DNA of 24,000 nt from Rickettsiales bacterium (GTDB lineage: Bacteria; Pseudomonadota; Alphaproteobacteria; G027485855): NCBI GenBank assembly GCA_027485855.1, contig JAIXQD010000001.1, positions 245,575 through 269,574 on the forward strand, read 5' to 3'. The notes beneath the pieces are model-generated. The model was not told where the DNA came from. It made no database searches and saw only the letters and a list, made by a program, of their open reading frames with translations. Positions 23,999 to 24,000 of this stretch are shown in pieces. The position numbers and the translations under genes are program-made. Each line of letters starts with the position of its first letter. Position 1 is the first letter of the stretch.

Positions 23999-24000
23999 TC

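Noticed and set aside
1-24000. CRISPR arrays, IS elements/transposases, integrases, toxin-antitoxin or restriction-modification genes
   Set aside because: No regularly spaced repeat array of 25 nt or longer was found. No ORF has transposase, integrase, nuclease or methylase motifs. Every sizeable ORF is accounted for by the calls above.

Overview
This window reads as a mostly housekeeping, tightly packed chromosomal segment. Its gene order looks alphaproteobacterial, but no genus can be assigned from sequence alone. The order is tRNA-Cys; rsmA-surA-lptG-lptF on the minus strand, divergent from pepA-holC; mltG-fabF-acpP-fabG-fabD on the minus strand; hldD-hldE followed by a long GT4 glycosyltransferase and a peptidase-less prepilin-peptidase N-domain ORF; rpsF-rpsR-DUF2232-rplI-dnaB-alr; mlaE-mlaF; and a convergent fold-type III ornithine/lysine decarboxylase. 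I saw no CRISPR array, transposase, integrase, toxin-antitoxin pair or recognisable defence system. The most system-like accessory candidate is the translationally coupled four-gene block at 11289-15805. It pairs ADP-heptose synthesis with an atypical GT4 and an orphan PilD N-domain, and it appears wedged between fabD and rpsF. The second notable signal is structural. Short 13-16 nt tandem duplications sit exactly on gene termini at the pepA stop, rpsF stop, dnaB stop/alr start and odc stop. A fifth lies 14 nt downstream of the glycosyltransferase stop, inside the start of the PilD-N ORF. A 41-nt duplicate of the tRNA-Cys 5' end plus its upstream flank also lies in an AT-rich left edge, which could be the border of foreign DNA beyond the window. 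The usual lptD, pdxA and mlaD neighbours are cleanly absent from their expected slots. All functional calls rest on motifs read by eye and remembered synteny, and none has been checked against a database.
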